In this document: positions 40,388 to 50,170 of the stretch, piece after piece
Layout of the letters: each line of letters opens with the position of its first letter
How positions within the stretch are numbered: the first letter of the stretch is position 1
Made by a program: the position numbers and the translations under genes
Assembly (NCBI GenBank): GCA_965237955.1
Contig: OZ250169.1
Coordinates: 6,944,001 to 7,008,000 of the forward strand
Reading direction: 5' to 3'
DNA length: 64,000 bases
Source of the DNA: Candidatus Marinacidobacterales bacterium
Lineage (GTDB): Bacteria; Acidobacteriota; Vicinamibacteria; Marinacidobacterales; SMYC01
The notes under the pieces: generated by a model
The model's input: only the letters and a program-made list of their open reading frames with translations
What the model was told of the DNA's origin: nothing
Database searches by the model: none

Positions 40388-41125
40388 ATGCGGCCCGAGG
40401 TGTTTCTCAAAGAGCTGGGAAAGCGCGTCCGAGCGGGGCGCCTTCTCAACGGGTTGAGCCAGCGGCGCCTCGCGGAGCTCGCCGGACTGTCCCCCCGCTA
40501 CGTCTCGCAGCTCGAATCGGGTCACGGCAACATCTCCATTGTGCGGCTTTACGAGTTGACCCAGGCGCTCGGTGTCGCGCTCCACGATATGGTACGGGTG
40601 GTACGGCTCGAGGGTCGGCGTCGCATCATAGCGCTCATTGGACTACGCGGGGCGGGAAAGAGCACGGTGGGCAAGAACGTGGCGGAGATGCTCGGGCGTC
40701 CCTTCGTCGAGCTCGACGCACTCATCGAAGAAGAGGCCGGGCTCGGGCTCGCCGAGATTTTCGCCCTGCATGGTGAAAGCTATTACCGCCGCCTCGAGCA
40801 TGACGTCCTCTCGCAGCTCGTCTCCGCCGAGTGCGACGCGGTTCTCGCGACCGGCGGAAGCCTCGCGACCGAGCGCCCGACGTTCGAGCTCTTGAAGGGG
40901 AGCACCGTGACGATTTGGCTCAAAGCCAAACCCGAGCAACACCTCGAACGCGTCGCAGCACAGGGCGATCGCCGTCCCATGGCGGGACGCGCCGATCCGC
41001 TCGCCGAGCTGCGCACGCTCCTCAAAGAGCGCGAGCCACTCTACCGCGAAGCGGAGATCGTCGTCGACACCAGCGCGCTCACCTCGCAACAAGTAGCCGA
41101 CGAGATTCTTCGGAAGATCGCATAG
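40388..41125 (+). CDS. boxR: BzdR/BoxR family regulator (XRE HTH plus shikimate-kinase-like domain)
   Basis: SPRYVSQLESGHGNIS HTH; IGLRGAGKSTVG; QGDRRPM; divergent from boxC. Confidence 0.93.
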   Translation: MRPEVFLKELGKRVRAGRLLNGLSQRRLAELAGLSPRYVSQLESGHGNISIVRLYELTQALGVALHDMVRVVRLEGRRRIIALIGLRGAGKSTVGKNVAEMLGRPFVELDALIEEEAGLGLAEIFALHGESYYRRLEHDVLSQLVSAECDAVLATGGSLATERPTFELLKGSTVTIWLKAKPEQHLERVAAQGDRRPMAGRADPLAELRTLLKEREPLYREAEIVVDTSALTSQQVADEILRKIA

Positions 41126-41142
41126 AGTACAATCTGTTCATC

Positions 41143-43026
41143 ATGAACATGCTGGGCCTGCAGCGGTTCACTGCGCTCGCGTGTCTTCTCAGCTTCCCCG
41201 CGCTCGCTCAGGAAATGATCGAGCCTATCGAGCTTCTCACGATCCCGCACATCCTGAAGACCCCGGTCATTGCCGATTTTGCTCTCGCGCCCGACGGCAA
41301 CCTCCTTGCCCTCAGCCTGTCGGCGCTCGGAAAGCAGACCGTGTGGATGATCCCGCCCGACGACGCCGCCGGCTCTCCGATCGCAACCACTCGAGGCTCG
41401 AACGAGCGAGACGTCGAGTGGTCCCCCGATGGCGAGCGCATCGCTTTTGTCGGAAGCCGGGGGAGACAGTGGCACATCTTCGTGTCGGATCCGAAAGGTG
41501 AGAACGCGCGCCAGCTCACTCGTCATCGAGGTCGAGATCGCCGGCCGCGCTTCTCGCCCGATGGGACGCACATTGCTTATTTGTCCGAGCGCATCGCGAC
41601 CGACACCGGATGGGACCTGTGGGTGATGTCGCTTGCGGAAGGACGTCCGCGACAACTGACGAGCCATCCGTTCGATGAGGCCGACCCGCGCTTCTCGCCC
41701 GATGGGACGCAGATCGCAATCACGTTCCGCGCCGGACGACACGTCAACCGTCGCATCGCGATCGTCTCGTCGGCGGGCGGCGACCTCATCGACCTCCTGC
41801 CGACCGCGTGGGAGGGAGATAGCTTTGGCGCCCGGTGGTCGCCCGACGGAACCAAGCTCGTGTTCGTCTCCGACGAGAGCGGTCGCAAAGCCGTCTACAC
41901 CGTGGCGGTTGCGCGCAGCCAACCGGCGCTCGTGGTCGATTCGGACTTCGAGCTGACCGAGCCCGCGTGGAGTCCGGACGGCCAGCGGATCGCGTATCTC
42001 GAAAACCGCGACGGCAATCTACGGCTGAAGCTCTACGATCTCGATAGCGGGAAAGACAGGACGTTGACGCTTCGAGCCGGCGTGCACTCACAGCCTGAAT
42101 GGCGAAGCGACGGGACCGCTGTCCTCGCCATGTTCGAAGCGTGGAACTACCCGCGGGACGTTTGGGCGTATCCGGTGGAAGGCGGACGCGAACGGTTGAG
42201 CGACACGCTACCACCCGAGCTCGACGTGCGGCGCATGGTGCGCCCGGAGCTGGTTCGCTTCGAAAGCTTCGACGAGCGGGAGATCACGGGGTTTTTGTAC
42301 GCTCCCGAAGATGCAAGCCCCGAGAATCCGGCTTCCCTTCTCGTGCGGCCCCACGGTGGTCCCACGTCCCAATGGAAAAACGGCTGGCACCCGTTCGCGC
42401 AGCTTCTCGCGCAGCAAGGCTACGCCGTTTTCGCGCCGAACGTTCGTGGTAGCACCGGCTACGGTCTCGATTTCGAAAACCTCAACGACCGCGCCTGGGG
42501 GCAAGGGGATCTCGAAGACTTGATCGCGGGCACGCGCTCTCTCTCGGAGCGTCCGGAGATCCGGGACGACCGCATCGGCATCTGGGGGGTGAGCTACGGC
42601 GGGTTTCTGACGCTCGCGGCCGTGACTCGCTATCCCGAGCTCTTCGCGTGTGCGATCGAGGCCGTCGGCATGCCCGATCTCGAAAAGCTCTACCGCGAGA
42701 CCACCATCGAAGGCACGAGCTACTTGGACCGGGAGATCGGCCCGCTGCGAGGAAATCTCGAGCTCTATCGAAGCTTGTCGCCGGTGCGCGACGTCGCGAA
42801 CATCGAAGTGCCGCTCCTCTCGTTTCATGGCCAGATCTACCCGCTCGTTCCGTACGAAACCAAAAAGCCTTTTTTCGACGCCATTCGAAAACGTCCGGAC
42901 TACCCGCTCATCGAGCTCTTCTTCAAGGATGCGGAAGTGCGAGGGACCTACCGCCACGAACTTCACCCGGAAGCTGCCTGGGCTTACGTCGAAAAGATTC
43001 TGGAGTTTCTGGAAATCTACCTGTGA
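41143..43026 (+). CDS. S9 family peptidase homolog with PD40/TolB-like propeller
   Basis: Repeated W/FSPDG; HGGP, PNVRGSTGYG, GVSYGG; the triad Asp position reads HGQIYP. Confidence 0.88.
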   Translation: MNMLGLQRFTALACLLSFPALAQEMIEPIELLTIPHILKTPVIADFALAPDGNLLALSLSALGKQTVWMIPPDDAAGSPIATTRGSNERDVEWSPDGERIAFVGSRGRQWHIFVSDPKGENARQLTRHRGRDRRPRFSPDGTHIAYLSERIATDTGWDLWVMSLAEGRPRQLTSHPFDEADPRFSPDGTQIAITFRAGRHVNRRIAIVSSAGGDLIDLLPTAWEGDSFGARWSPDGTKLVFVSDESGRKAVYTVAVARSQPALVVDSDFELTEPAWSPDGQRIAYLENRDGNLRLKLYDLDSGKDRTLTLRAGVHSQPEWRSDGTAVLAMFEAWNYPRDVWAYPVEGGRERLSDTLPPELDVRRMVRPELVRFESFDEREITGFLYAPEDASPENPASLLVRPHGGPTSQWKNGWHPFAQLLAQQGYAVFAPNVRGSTGYGLDFENLNDRAWGQGDLEDLIAGTRSLSERPEIRDDRIGIWGVSYGGFLTLAAVTRYPELFACAIEAVGMPDLEKLYRETTIEGTSYLDREIGPLRGNLELYRSLSPVRDVANIEVPLLSFHGQIYPLVPYETKKPFFDAIRKRPDYPLIELFFKDAEVRGTYRHELHPEAAWAYVEKILEFLEIYL

Positions 43027-44914
43027 CGCCCGACACGCGGTACTACATCTTCGATTTCGATAGTACGCTCGTTCAGAATCGCTTCCCGAGCTCGCGCGGG
43101 TCTCGCTGAAAAATCACCCGGAACGCGCCGAGCGGCTCCGAGAAGTCGAGCGCATCACCGAGCTCACCGCGACCGGCAAGATGTCGATGGCCGAAGGGCT
43201 TGCGCTTCGCATCGAGCTTCTGAACGGACACCAAAAACACCTCAAGAGTCTCGCGCGGGTCCTGAAGCGCTCGATCTCGCCGTCGGTCAAACGGAACAAA
43301 GCTTTCTTCAAGAAGTATCGCGATCACATCTACGTGCTCTCGAACGGGTTTCGCGAGTTCATCGTCCCCATCGCGGAAGGTCTGGGTCTTTCGAAAGATC
43401 ACGTCTTTGCGAACGGGTTCTTGCTCGACGCCGACGGCTACATAATAGGCTTCGACTCGCGCAGCCCGCTGATCCATCAGGATGGGAAAGCACGCGTCCT
43501 ACGCGAGCTCGGACTCGAGGGCGAGATCTACGTCATCGGTGACGGGTTCAGCGACATGAAGACGCGCGAAGCCGGTCTCGCCACGCGCTTTTACGCGTTC
43601 ACCGAGAACGCACGGCGCGAGCCGGTCGTAGAAGTCGCCGACCAGGTTCTTCCGAGCCTCGATGAGTTTCTATACCTGCACCAGTTCCCGATGTCGATTT
43701 CCTACCCTAAAACGCGTATCCGTACGCTGCTCCTGGAACGCATCCACGCCGCCGCCGAGGAGCATTTCGACAAAGAAGGGTATTCGGTCCGTTCGGTTCC
43801 CGAGAGCTCGAGCGAGGACGAGCTCATTAAAGAGCTCGACGGCGTCACGCTGTTGGGCATTCGATCAGGAACGAGAATCACCCGGCGCGTTCTCGAGGCC
43901 GCGGACAAGCTGAAAGGCATCGGCGCGTTTTGCATCGGCGTCAATCAGATCGACCTCGAAGCCTGTTCCGATCACGGGGTCATCGTCTTCAATGCCCCGT
44001 ATGCAAACACCCGGAGCGTCGTCGAGCTCGCCATCGGAGAGATCGTCATGCTCGCGCGGCGCGTGTTCGCGAAGTCGTCGAATCTCCACCGAGGGGTTTG
44101 GGATAAGTCCGCCGAAGGCTCGTTCGAAGTCCGGGGCAAGAAGCTCGGCATCGTCGGCTACGGGAACATCGGCTCGCAGTTGTCCGTCGTCGCCGAGGCG
44201 CTCGGTCTCGACGTCTACTACTACGATATCGTCGAAAAGCTTCCGCTTGGAAATGCCACGAAGTGCCCGTCGTTGAAGGACCTTTTGAAGCGGGCCGACA
44301 TCGTCAGTGTCCACGTGGACGGCCGCGCTCACAACGCTATTCTTTTCGGCGAGCGCGAGTTCCGCTCGATGAAAAAAGGTGCCCTGTTCTTGAATCTATC
44401 GCGCGGTTTCGTCGTCGAACAAAACGCGCTCGCCAAGGCTCTCGAAAGCGGGCGCGTCGGCGGCGCCGCTCTCGATGTCTTCCCGGTCGAGCCGGCTTCT
44501 AATGACGAACCCTTCGTGTCACCGCTCCAGGGTCTGGACAACGTCATCCTGACACCGCACATCGGCGGCAGCACCAAGGAAGCTCAGGAGAACATCGCCG
44601 AGTTCGTCGCGGGGGCGTTGATCTCCTTCGTTAATTCCGGAAACTCGTTCGGGAGCGTGAACTTTCCCGGCGTGCAGCTACCGGATCTCAGACGCGCGCA
44701 CCGCTTCATCCACATCCACAAGAACGAGCCCGGTGTGCTCGCCGCGATCAACCACGTCATGGCCGAGCACAAAATCAATATCCTCGGCCAGTACCTGAAG
44801 ACCAACGAGCGCATCGGCTACGTGATCACTGACGTAAGCAAGAAGTACCAGTCGCGCGTGATCGAAGAGCTCAAGGCAGTGCCCCGCACGATCAACTTCA
44901 GGGTGTTGTACTAG
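43023..44914 (+). CDS. serA: Phosphoserine-phosphatase-like HAD domain fused to D-3-phosphoglycerate dehydrogenase (frameshift near 43076)
   Basis: FDFDSTL, LSNGF, IGDGFSD; GAFCIG, NAPYANTRSV, GYGNIG, TPHIGGST; C-terminal ACT domain. Confidence 0.92.
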
Positions 44915-45084
44915 GCGGCTGCCAGTTCACTACTAGTGTGATCGGAGCGCCCGCGCTAGAGACAACGGTTTTGATCAGAAACCGCTTACTTTGGACAGCG
45001 ACCTTTGATTCAAGCGACCCGACCACCACGAACTCGCCCGCCGAAACCGCTGTGCGGGAGCGCGTTCGAGTTTATTGACCCTAC

Positions 45085-45276
45085 GAGGTAACGCTCGCGG
45101 GCACGGCCGTCTTGGTGGCCGACAACCCCGACATCGCGGGAAACTTCCAGGCCGACGCGGATGAGATTGCCTCGAGCCTCCTCGCCTCTCGTCCGGTGAA
45201 GAAGATTTACCTGAGCGAGCTGGGCGCGGCGGCGACGACGAGCGCCATCTTCGAGGCCTTCGACGAAGGAGCCTCC
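45085..45276 (+). repeat. 192-bp exact duplicate of C25 coding sequence 52139-52330
   Basis: GAGGTAACGCTC...GAAGGAGCCTCC identical in both places; the ORF track shows the same peptides at both loci. Confidence 0.93.
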
Positions 45277-45321
45277 CAAAAGCGTTGCGGCCGCCAATAC
45301 CAACTGTGGCCCTCTTCCCTG

Positions 45322-45452
45322 TGGGAGGAAATTCCCAGGTTGGGGTATTCGCCCCCCGGTGGCGGTGTGTCGGTTCGTGTAAAGCACCGTAATTGCCTTT
45401 CCTGCAATGACTTGCCGGAGCTCCCTCTGTGCTGTCTGGCATCGCAATTGCA
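45322..45452 (+). promoter_or_regulatory. Sigma54 promoter with tandem upstream palindromic enhancer candidates
   Basis: TGGCATCGCAATTGCA (45437-45452; GG-N10-GC); TGGGAGGAAATTCCCA (45322-45337) and TGGGGTATTCGCCCCC (45341-45356). Confidence 0.75.
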
Positions 45453-45511
45453 ACGTACTGACCTGCGTGTGCCGTCCCCCGACCAATGGGAGAGATTCGA
45501 CATTGATAGAG

Positions 45512-48500
45512 ATGCAGCGATCGGGGAACTCCAACGCCAGACCGTGCGCCCATGGGCATGGGCTGGCCTCCATGGCATTCGCCGTCGCGGCGCTCGCTGT
45601 GACCTTTGTCTCCTCGGCCGAAGCCCAGACCTTCAGCTTCCGCAAGCAGATCACCGTCGACTTCAATCAAGTTTCGGGGCCGACCAACCATACCGACTTT
45701 CCGGTCCTGATCGACATCACCGGTGACTTGCAGCTCCGCACCGTGGCAAACGGAGGGAACGTCCAGAACGCCAACGGATACGACATCGTCTTTACCGACT
45801 CCAGTGGCACCGAGCTGGATTTCGAGATCGAACGCTACGACGGGTCGAACGGAGACCTTCGTGCCTGGGTACGCGTCCCGACTCTATCCGTCAGCGCCAA
45901 CACGATCCTCCATGTGAACTACGGCGACGCCAGCATCACCACCTCGCAGGAGTCCCCCTGCGGCGTCTTCGACAAGAACTACGTCGGTGCCTGGCACCTC
46001 GAAGAAAGCGGTAGCGGGGTAGCGAACGAATTCAAAGGCAGCTCGAACTACCAGGACCACGGCCAGGGTGGTGAGGGCGATCCTCTTTTCGTCCCGACTC
46101 GTGTCGGTGGAAAGATCGGCTTCGCTCAGGATTTCAATAACCTCGACGGGAAGTACGATTTAATTGACGTCGGAACCTGCCCCCGCCTCGACATCACCGG
46201 TGATCAAATCACCCTCCAAGCCTGGATCAAGCACAACATCGTACCGGCACCTTCCGTGTTCTACGGGATTCTGAATCATAAAGGCTTCAACCAAGGCTAT
46301 CGTATTGTGATTCCACAAAATGTGAACGCGATCCAGTTTCAACTTGGAACCGGCAAAAGCCTAGTCGGCAGCACCGTTACCCCCACAAATAACTGGACCC
46401 ACGTTGTCGCGACTTACGACGGCGCGACGATGAAAATCTATATCGATGGCGTCAAGGATCCGACCGAGCTGGCGACCACAGGCAACATTCCTACCGAATT
46501 TGATAATGCCACCTGGATCGGCCATGGGGACCAACCCAAAGACGTCCCGTGGAGCTACGAGTGGGAGGGTCAGATCGACGAGGTTCGCATCTCCAACATT
46601 GCGCGCGACGCCGGCTGGATCGCCACCGAATACAACAACCAAGAAACCCCTTCTACTTTTTACACGGTTGGCGGCGAAACACCCGGGCCGTTCGCCGTCG
46701 GCACGCTCACCATCAATTACCGCTCTATCGGTGCGAACTCCGGCATCCTCTATAACAGTGGCGACGCTCAGCTCCCCATCGGAACAACGGTGGTGGCCTT
46801 CGGAGGAGTTGCTGACTTGCCCACCACTATCGGGAGGGGCGATGAGCTCATTCTGAACCCGGGCGCCGGCCCGCTCGAAGAGACGCTCTACATCCTATCC
46901 CGCGACACCGCTACCCAGGTGAGGGTTCAGACGGCCGCGACGATAAACCACGTCCCACCGGTCCCCTACGAGATCCGGCGCGCCCACAACGTGCTCCAAA
47001 CTTGGGAAGACAACAGCGATGGCGACCTGGTGGGGCAGAACCGTCGCGAGGTGGGCATCCGTCTACGACGACGGACCTCTCCTTGCCGCCGCGTCGCCTA
47101 TGCTCCAGATCGAAGACTCCACCACCGACTGCACGCGCTACATGCACCTCACCGTGGCCCAGGGACACGGGCATTACGGCATCGAAGGAACCGGCGTTTA
47201 TCTGGACGGCGGCGGTAACACCAAGTTCGGCATTCGCATCCAGGACGACTACACCCGCGTCGATGGGCTGGAGTTACGACGCTTCCACGATCCCACCTCT
47301 GGAGGCGCAAGCGCTGTCCTCATGCAGAACGCGGACAATGTCCTCATCGAGCGTCTGCTGATTCACAATTTCTTCGAGCCCGCCCAAAGCGCTTACGGCA
47401 TCCGCGCCTCGACAACAGGCTCATCCACATCGGAGATCCGCAACACCATCATCCATAGCGGTGACCAGGCCGGGATCCAACTAAACGACCCCGATTCCTC
47501 GATGATTGTCGACAACTGCACGATCTATGGAATGGACTTCTTCGGTGTGAACGGTGCTTCCGGGAGCTTGGCGGTGCGGAACACCATCGCCATGGGTACC
47601 ACCGTCAACGACGATTTTGGTGGCACTCTGAAACAAGAGTACAACATGTCCGAGGACCTCACCGCCGCGGGCACCGGCTCCTTGACGGGCATGATTCCTG
47701 CCAACCAGTTCGTCTCCACGGCAGGACCCCTCGAGGATCTGCACTTGAAAGACAGCGCCGCCGATGCCGTGGACGCCGGAGCGGATTACTGCCGGCACTA
47801 CTCGCACGACATAGACCTTGAGTCGCGGTTCGGACTAACTTGGGACATCGGGGCCGATGAGTACTCGTCATCCGTTTTCTACCGTTCGATAGGTACCGCC
47901 ACCGATTACTCGGATGGAGACGTCGACGTTGTCAACGGCTCTCCCAACGTCATCGGCAACGGCACGCTCTGGAAGACCAATAATCGGGGGCGGGGCGACC
48001 TGTTCACGGTCAACGGGACGAACTACACCATCCTTTCCGTGGACTCGGAGACACAGCTCACACTCACCGCTCCGGTGACCGATCCCTCTGCCAACTATCC
48101 CGCCTACACCATTGCTCGGAAGTTCAAGGGTGCGGACCCTGTCCGAGATTGGGAGAAGTGCGTCGACGGCTCGGTCGTTGTCCTTCCCCAGTGTCACGAC
48201 GTGTCTAGCAACAGCCTCATTGCCGACAATCGCTCGGAATTCGGAATCCTCTACGACGATTCGACGTTTACTCTCACCAATAACTTGCTGATTCAAGGCT
48301 CCATCACCGACGCACAGCATACGATCACCTTGACCGACGACGACGGAAACCGCCACTACGGAATCGCGGGGGATGGAGTGGTGATCAACAACACCGACAC
48401 CGCAGATGCGATTCGTGCCTTGGACAATTACATCACCATCGAGTGGATCGAGCTGACGGGCGGCGGAGCCTCGGCGAGCGGCATCGAAGTCGACCCGCTT

Positions 48501-49523
48501 AATGCCACAAATAAGGTGATCCTCCGAAACAACCTCATTCACGATACACCGGGAGACGGTTTTCAGCTTCTCGATCCCAACCTAAATGTTGACGTCTACA
48601 ACAACATCATCTACAGGACTCGCAGAGGCATTCGCATCAGTGATCCCATCAACGGGCAGATCTTCAATAACACGTTATACGACAACAGCCATACGACGGA
48701 ACCGAGCGGCATCAACGGTGACCCGGTAAGTGCACCGTTTCCCAACGTGATCCTTCGCAACAACATCGTCCACTCGAACAACAACGCCGATATCGACGTG
48801 TCCGGCTTGAGCTCCGCGAGCAGCCACAACTTCACTAGCGACGGCACTGGAACCACGCACAGCCCGGCCGGTTTTGGCATGAACAGCGTGCCGCTTTCGG
48901 GCGCCGGTGGGATGAACTTCGTGGACGACGCCCTACCGGTCCTCGACCTTCACATTAAGAGCACCAGCGTGGCGAAGGACAAAGCCACCAACCTGAGTAC
49001 GGTATTCAAGTACGACATCGACGGAGGAGGACAGCAATCCCTCTGGGACATCGGTGCCGATGACCTCGCTGCCACCACCGCGGTGGAGCTGGTAGCTTTC
49101 GAAGGCCTCGGGCTCGATGGTGCGGTAGAGCTTCGGTGGGAGACGGCCTCCGAGCTGAACAATTTGGGTTTTCATCTCTACCGGGCGAGCTCCGAAGATG
49201 GCCCGTTCGAGCGCATCACGGCGAACGCGATTCCTGGACTGGGCAGCTCCCCGGTCGGAGCGCGCTATAGCTACCGTGACACGAACGTCGTCAACGGTGT
49301 GACGTACTTCTACGAGCTCGAAGACATCGAGACGACGGGGAAGACCGAGCTTCACGGGCCGGTCTCGGCGACGCCGGGGGCAGGAGCGCCAGAGGGAGAA
49401 GAGAGCGGGGCGGAAGGTGAAGCGGAGGAGCTTCCAGAGGAGACCGCCCGGATCGAGTATGGCGATCCTTCCGCCAATGGCTGGCGTGTGTTGAAGCAAG
49501 GCCGCCGGCAGGTAATTCATTGA
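45512..49523 (+). CDS. N-terminal part of a giant secreted protein: DUF2341 + LamG + two beta-helix modules + Ig/FN3-like domain (frameshift near 47060; cut by IS200)
   Basis: Signal peptide ...SSAEA|Q; FPVLI...NGYDIVFTD...L.FEIE.Y; W.HVVATYDG, GQIDEVRIS; two YRSIG...WDIGAD modules; TAVELVAF...WETASELNNLGFHLYR. Confidence 0.82.
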
Positions 49524-50170
49524 GGTAAACCCCCGGCTCTGCCGGGGTGACTCCCAGAGGTTTGACCGTGTAAGGAAGTAGGAAAGAAAGTCCTCCTTGG
49601 AAAGCGCGAACTTCCAAACAAGGAGGACTACCAAGGTGAAAGAATACAAGAGCCTATCCCACACACGATGGGACTGCAAATATCACGTTGTGTTCATCCC
49701 GAAGTACCGAAGGAAGAAGATGTATGGTGCAATCAGAACGCATCTGGGAAAGATTCTCCACGAGCTGGCGAAACAAAAAGAGGCCTGGATTCTGGAGGGC
49801 CACTTGATGTCGGACCACGTCCACATGTGCATCAGCATCCCACCGAAGTTTGCGGGTGTCGAACGTGGTGGGGTTCATCAAAGGCAAGAGTGCGATCTCG
49901 GTGGCACGGAACTTCCGCGGACGCAGACGCAACTTCACCGGCGAAAGCTTCTGGGCACGCGGTTACTTCGTGTCGACCGTAGGCTTGGACGAAGAGATGG
50001 TCCGCAAGTACATTCCAAGATCAGGAGGACCAACGTCTGGACCAGCTGAATATGGACTGGTCGGGCTCGTAGTTGGGGAGCAAGATCGCCCCCTTTAGGG
50101 GGCTCATGGACAGCCCCTTCGAGGGGCTCTTATGAATAGGCCCCCGGCTTTGCCGGGGGTCACTTTAACT
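49518..50170 (+). mobile_element. IS200/IS605-family element (tnpA only); ends approximate
   Basis: Subterminal hairpins CCCCCGGCTCTGCCGGGG (49530-49547) and CCCCCGGCTTTGCCGGGGG (50141-50159); interrupts the host reading frame; no target duplication. Confidence 0.88.
49636..50098 (+). CDS. tnpA: IS200-family HUH (Y1) transposase (frameshifts near 49855 and 50015)
   Basis: SLSHTRWDCKYHVVFIPKYRRK, DHVHM, GFIKGKSAI, FWARGYFVSTVG, VRKYI. Confidence 0.92.

Noticed and set aside
41545-41711. 26-bp identical repeat CCGCGCTTCTCGCCCGATGGGACGCA, possible mini-CRISPR
   Set aside because: In-frame coding repeat of PD40 blades (PRFSPDGT); only two copies and no cas genes
44915-45080. Possible left boundary or att site of the C25 island, or the missing half of the DUF1353 fragment
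   Set aside because: No convincing direct repeat with the 52.7-52.95 kb region and no DUF1353-like translation seen
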